Below, piece by piece: positions 61,795 to 64,000 of a stretch of 64,000 nucleotides of DNA. The position numbers were made by a program, and so were the translations under genes. The notes below the pieces were generated by a model. It saw only the letters and a list, made by a program, of their open reading frames with translations. It was not told the origin of the DNA and searched no databases. The stretch comes from an uncultured Lentimicrobiaceae bacterium (GTDB taxonomy: Bacteria > Bacteroidota > Bacteroidia > Bacteroidales > JAGONC01): the NCBI GenBank assembly GCA_964628285.1, contig CAZVNP010000012.1, positions 726-64,725 on the forward strand, written 5' to 3'. The stretch's first letter is position 1. Each line of letters begins with the position of its first letter.

Positions 61795-62805
61795 ATGGCA
61801 TTATTGACTGTCTCCGGTTCACCACATATTCACGGCGATTGGACAGTGCGTCAGATCATGTTCAGCGTGGTGTATGCCCTGATACCGGCTTTTCTTGTTT
61901 CCATTTATTTCTTCGGTGCACAGGCTCTTGTACTGACGGCGATATCGGTGGCATCGTGTCTTCTGTTTGAGTTCCTCATCCAGAAATACCTTCTAAAAGG
62001 TGAGGTGACCATCACCGACGGGTCGGCCGTCGTCACGGGTATCCTGCTGGCGTTCAATGTACCGTCGAACCTGCCCATCTGGATACTGGTCATCGGTGCT
62101 TTCATCGCCATCGGCATCAGCAAGATGGCCTTCGGCGGGCTGGGGCACAACATCTTCAATCCGGCGCTGGTGGGCCGCGTTTTCCTGCTCATCTCCTTTC
62201 CCGTTCACATGACCACCTGGCCCGTGCCGCGGCCTTTGTTTGCACGGCATCTCCCCGAGGCCATCACCGGCCCCACGACACTGGGCATCATCAAGGAAGG
62301 GATCAAGGCAGGCAAGACGATACCGGAACTGTCATCACAGATACCCGGTTACGTCAGCGATCTTCTTGGTAACCACGGCGGGTCGCTGGGCGAGGTGTCG
62401 GCGGTCGCACTGATACTTGGCGCTATTTTTCTTTTTGCCCGCCGCATCATCACCTGGCATATACCGGTTGCCTATCTGGCCTCGGTCATCGTTTTCACGG
62501 GCATCCTGTGGCTGATCAATCCCATGATCTATATGAACCCGTTGATACATCTGATCACAGGAGGCCTGATGCTCGGCGTCTTCTTCATGGCCACCGACAT
62601 GGTCACATCACCCATGTCGGCATGGGGCATGATCATTTTCGGGCTGGGCTGCGGCATTATTACCATATTAATACGCGTTTGGGGTTCGTACCCCGAAGGC
62701 GTGTCGTTCGCCATACTCATCATGAACGCTTTCGTGCCGCTGATTAACAGGGCATTTAAACCGAGACGGTTCGGACGGCGCGTGATCATGGTAACCGATA
62801 AATAA
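61795..62805 (+). CDS. rnfD: Rnf electron transport complex subunit D
   Basis: 336-aa polytopic membrane protein with SGSPHIH, FNPALVGRVFL and MATDMVTSP, which are RnfD/NqrB family landmarks. Confidence 0.9.
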   Translation: MALLTVSGSPHIHGDWTVRQIMFSVVYALIPAFLVSIYFFGAQALVLTAISVASCLLFEFLIQKYLLKGEVTITDGSAVVTGILLAFNVPSNLPIWILVIGAFIAIGISKMAFGGLGHNIFNPALVGRVFLLISFPVHMTTWPVPRPLFARHLPEAITGPTTLGIIKEGIKAGKTIPELSSQIPGYVSDLLGNHGGSLGEVSAVALILGAIFLFARRIITWHIPVAYLASVIVFTGILWLINPMIYMNPLIHLITGGLMLGVFFMATDMVTSPMSAWGMIIFGLGCGIITILIRVWGSYPEGVSFAILIMNAFVPLINRAFKPRRFGRRVIMVTDK

Positions 62806-62848
62806 CTAATGAAAAGGATAAAACCTTGCTGAACTAAGTTGATATTGC

Positions 62849-63418
62849 ATGGCCAAGACGGAATCGACATTTAAAAACATGTTCCTGGCGTTGTTCCTGA
62901 TCTGTTCCATCGCCTCGCTGGCTTTGGCAGGGGTCTATCTGATCACCCTGGGGCCTATCACCAAGGCGCAGCAGGCCCGCAAGGAGAAGGCCATCAGGGA
63001 GGTGATACCTGATTTCGACACACTGGTGCCGAAAACCGTCAGGGTCGCCGGCAGCGACCAGGATGTCGTTCTTAATTATGGCTATAAAGACTCCGTGCTG
63101 GTGGGTGTGGCTGTGGAGACTTTCTCGACCAGGGGATATAACGGACTGATAAAGATCATGGTAGGTTTTTTGCCTGACGGCACCATCAACAAGATAGCCA
63201 TTTTGCAACAGAAGGAGACGCCGGGCCTGGGCACGAAAATGGCATCACAGACCTTCACAGATCAATTCCATGGCAGGACCCCTGCCTCGTACCGGCTGGC
63301 AGTGAAGAAAGACGGCGGTGATGTCGACGCCATCACCGCCGCCACCATCAGCTCCAGGGCTTTCTGCGACGCCGTGCAGCGGGCCTGGGATGTCTTACAA
63401 AAGCAGGGAGGACAATGA
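62849..63418 (+). CDS. rnfG: Rnf electron transport complex subunit G (FMN-binding)
   Basis: 189 aa with an N-terminal TM segment, QKETPGLG, and the FMN attachment-type motif [12 protein letters not shown]. Confidence 0.9.
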   Translation: MAKTESTFKNMFLALFLICSIASLALAGVYLITLGPITKAQQARKEKAIREVIPDFDTLVPKTVRVAGSDQDVVLNYGYKDSVLVGVAVETFSTRGYNGLIKIMVGFLPDGTINKIAILQQKETPGLGTKMASQTFTDQFHGRTPASYRLAVKKDGGDVDAITAATISSRAFCDAVQRAWDVLQKQGGQ

Positions 63419-64000
63419 GCATGAACCAGCTACAGAATCTCACCAAAGGCTTTTTCAGGGAGAACCCCATCTTTGTGCTGGTGCTGGGCATGTGCCCCAC
63501 ACTGGGCGTGACGACGCTGGCATCGAACGGCCTGGGCATGGGCCTGGCCACGACATTTGTCCTGGTCATGTCGAACCTCGTCATCTCGCTGGTCAAGGAT
63601 CTGATCCCCGACAAAGTGAGAATACCGGCGTTCATCGTGATCATCGCCGCCTTTGTGACCATCGTTGACCTGGTGATGGCGGGTTTTGCCCCGGTACTGC
63701 ATGAACGCCTGGGCATCTTCATCCCGTTGATCGTCGTCAACTGCATCGTGCTGGGACGCGCCGAAGCCTTCGCCTCCAGGAATAACATCTTCTCATCGGT
63801 CATCGACGGTCTGGGCATGGGTCTGGGATTCACCTTCGCCCTGATTTTACTCGGATCGATAAGAGAGGCCATAGGCAACAGCTCTATTTTCGGATATAAA
63901 TTTGTCCACGGCGACGGCATTTTACTGTTTGTCCTGTCGCCGGGGGCTTTTATAACACTTGGATTTTTGATTGCGTTTATTAACAGGGTTAGAAAAGTGA
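63415..64000 (+). CDS. rnfE: Rnf electron transport complex subunit E (3' end cut by the window edge)
   Basis: This ORF is absent from the ORF track because no stop lies within the window. Its ATG at 63415 overlaps the rnfG stop as ATGA. The translation [34 protein letters not shown]...[21 protein letters not shown] matches RnfE/NqrD landmarks. The frame is open for 195 codons to nt 64000. Confidence 0.85.
   Translation, partial: MSMNQLQNLTKGFFRENPIFVLVLGMCPTLGVTTLASNGLGMGLATTFVLVMSNLVISLVKDLIPDKVRIPAFIVIIAAFVTIVDLVMAGFAPVLHERLGIFIPLIVVNCIVLGRAEAFASRNNIFSSVIDGLGMGLGFTFALILLGSIREAIGNSSIFGYKFVHGDGILLFVLSPGAFITLGFLIAFINRVRKV

Overview
The window is chromosomal DNA from a Bacteroidota-type organism. 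Supporting signals are many type-A T9SS C-terminal sorting domains, a fused SecDF, a fused CcsBA, TAnnTTTG promoter boxes, and few Shine-Dalgarno sites. About 43 protein genes and one tRNA-Ala(CGC) are supported. I recognised no rRNA, CRISPR array, transposase, integrase or phage gene.

Housekeeping blocks:
- 4.1-22.3 kb: ccsBA, a LemA/TPM/TPM trio, htpG, ilvE, pyrF, prfA, purM, an OmpA/TolB-like protein, tatA and secDF.
- 30-33 kb: hutI-ftcD.
- 59.5-64 kb: rnfBCDGE, which runs off the 3' edge.

Accessory content: these blocks are interleaved with at least 11 predicted T9SS cargo genes, several as tandem paralog pairs.
- DNRLRE/PKD proteins at 0.8-3.9 kb.
- C10 cysteine proteases with CUB-like domains at 25.5-29.8 kb.
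- Two uncharacterised ~780-aa proteins at 44.6-49.3 kb.
- Giant multi-propeller proteins at 36.6-42.5 kb.
- A propeller/Y_Y_Y LytS-type histidine kinase with a LytTR regulator at 50.3-54.3 kb.

Most interesting observations:
1. About 15 kb of accessory genes separates an rseC-family gene from the rnf operon. This stretch carries three families of structured intergenic repeats.
2. A 758-aa long-form KamA-family radical SAM/PLP enzyme sits behind a 326-nt leader and converges on an HD hydrolase gene.
3. A tandem C10/CUB protease pair lies beside a small lipocalin-like lipoprotein that may be its inhibitor.
4. A small protein has RuvC-like D-E-D spacing.
5. An OmpA-family protein carries a degenerate retropepsin-like C-terminal domain.

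All functional calls come from motif recognition by eye. No database search was run.
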